A stretch of DNA of 15,878 nt from Acidimicrobiales bacterium (GTDB lineage Bacteria; Actinomycetota; Acidimicrobiia; Acidimicrobiales; Poriferisodalaceae): NCBI GenBank assembly GCA_011051915.1, contig DRKF01000101.1, forward strand, positions 1-15,878. The letters run 5' to 3'. The notes under the pieces were generated by a model. That model made no database searches and was not told the DNA's origin. It saw only the letters and a list, made by a program, of their open reading frames with translations. The translations under genes and the position numbers were made by a program. Numbering within the stretch: position 1 is the stretch's first letter; every line of letters starts with the position of its first letter. Shown here piece by piece: positions 15,859 to 15,878 of this stretch.

Positions 15859-15878
15859 CGGCTACCCCCTCGGGGCAA

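Overview
This is a high-GC (about 70%) contig that looks actinobacterial and carries about 15 genes on both strands. I can support the following features from the sequence:

- A translationally coupled NfeD(YqiJ-like)-flotillin(SPFH) operon.
- An Fpg/MutM DNA glycosylase.
- A divergent gene pair that is the most system-like locus in the window. One gene is a processive GT2 beta-glycan synthase (BcsA-like, with DDG/DAD/TED/QxxRW motifs) fused to a C-terminal PilZ c-di-GMP receptor domain (RRxxxR plus DxSxxG). The other is a membrane-anchored GH26 glycoside hydrolase.
- Downstream of the synthase, a small MT0933/CsbD-like protein and a convergently oriented 467-aa Cys-rich/coiled-coil protein with internal DPRxxQ repeats.
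- A metabolic stretch: D-cysteine desulfhydrase/ACC-deaminase-family PLP enzyme, dienelactone hydrolase, M20 metallopeptidase, class-I aminotransferase, a small membrane protein and an RDD-family membrane protein.

Four non-coding or repeat features stand out:

1. A 68-bp unit repeated four times in tandem (MIRU/VNTR-like). It begins inside the 3' end of a 66-aa zinc-ribbon ORF and re-copies its last 20 codons and stop.
2. An AT-rich island in the DLH/M20 divergent intergenic region. It carries a 15/16-nt complement of the 16S rRNA 3' tail (a 'super-SD'), flanked by sequences that could sequester it.
3. A short AT-rich island with a perfect 7-2-7 palindrome (CAAATAT-AA-ATATTTG) upstream of the first gene.
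4. A perfect 11-bp GC hairpin between the convergent small-protein and coiled-coil genes.

The many long antisense or alternate-frame ORFs in the track are GC-composition artefacts. I found no rRNA, tRNA, CRISPR or transposase genes.
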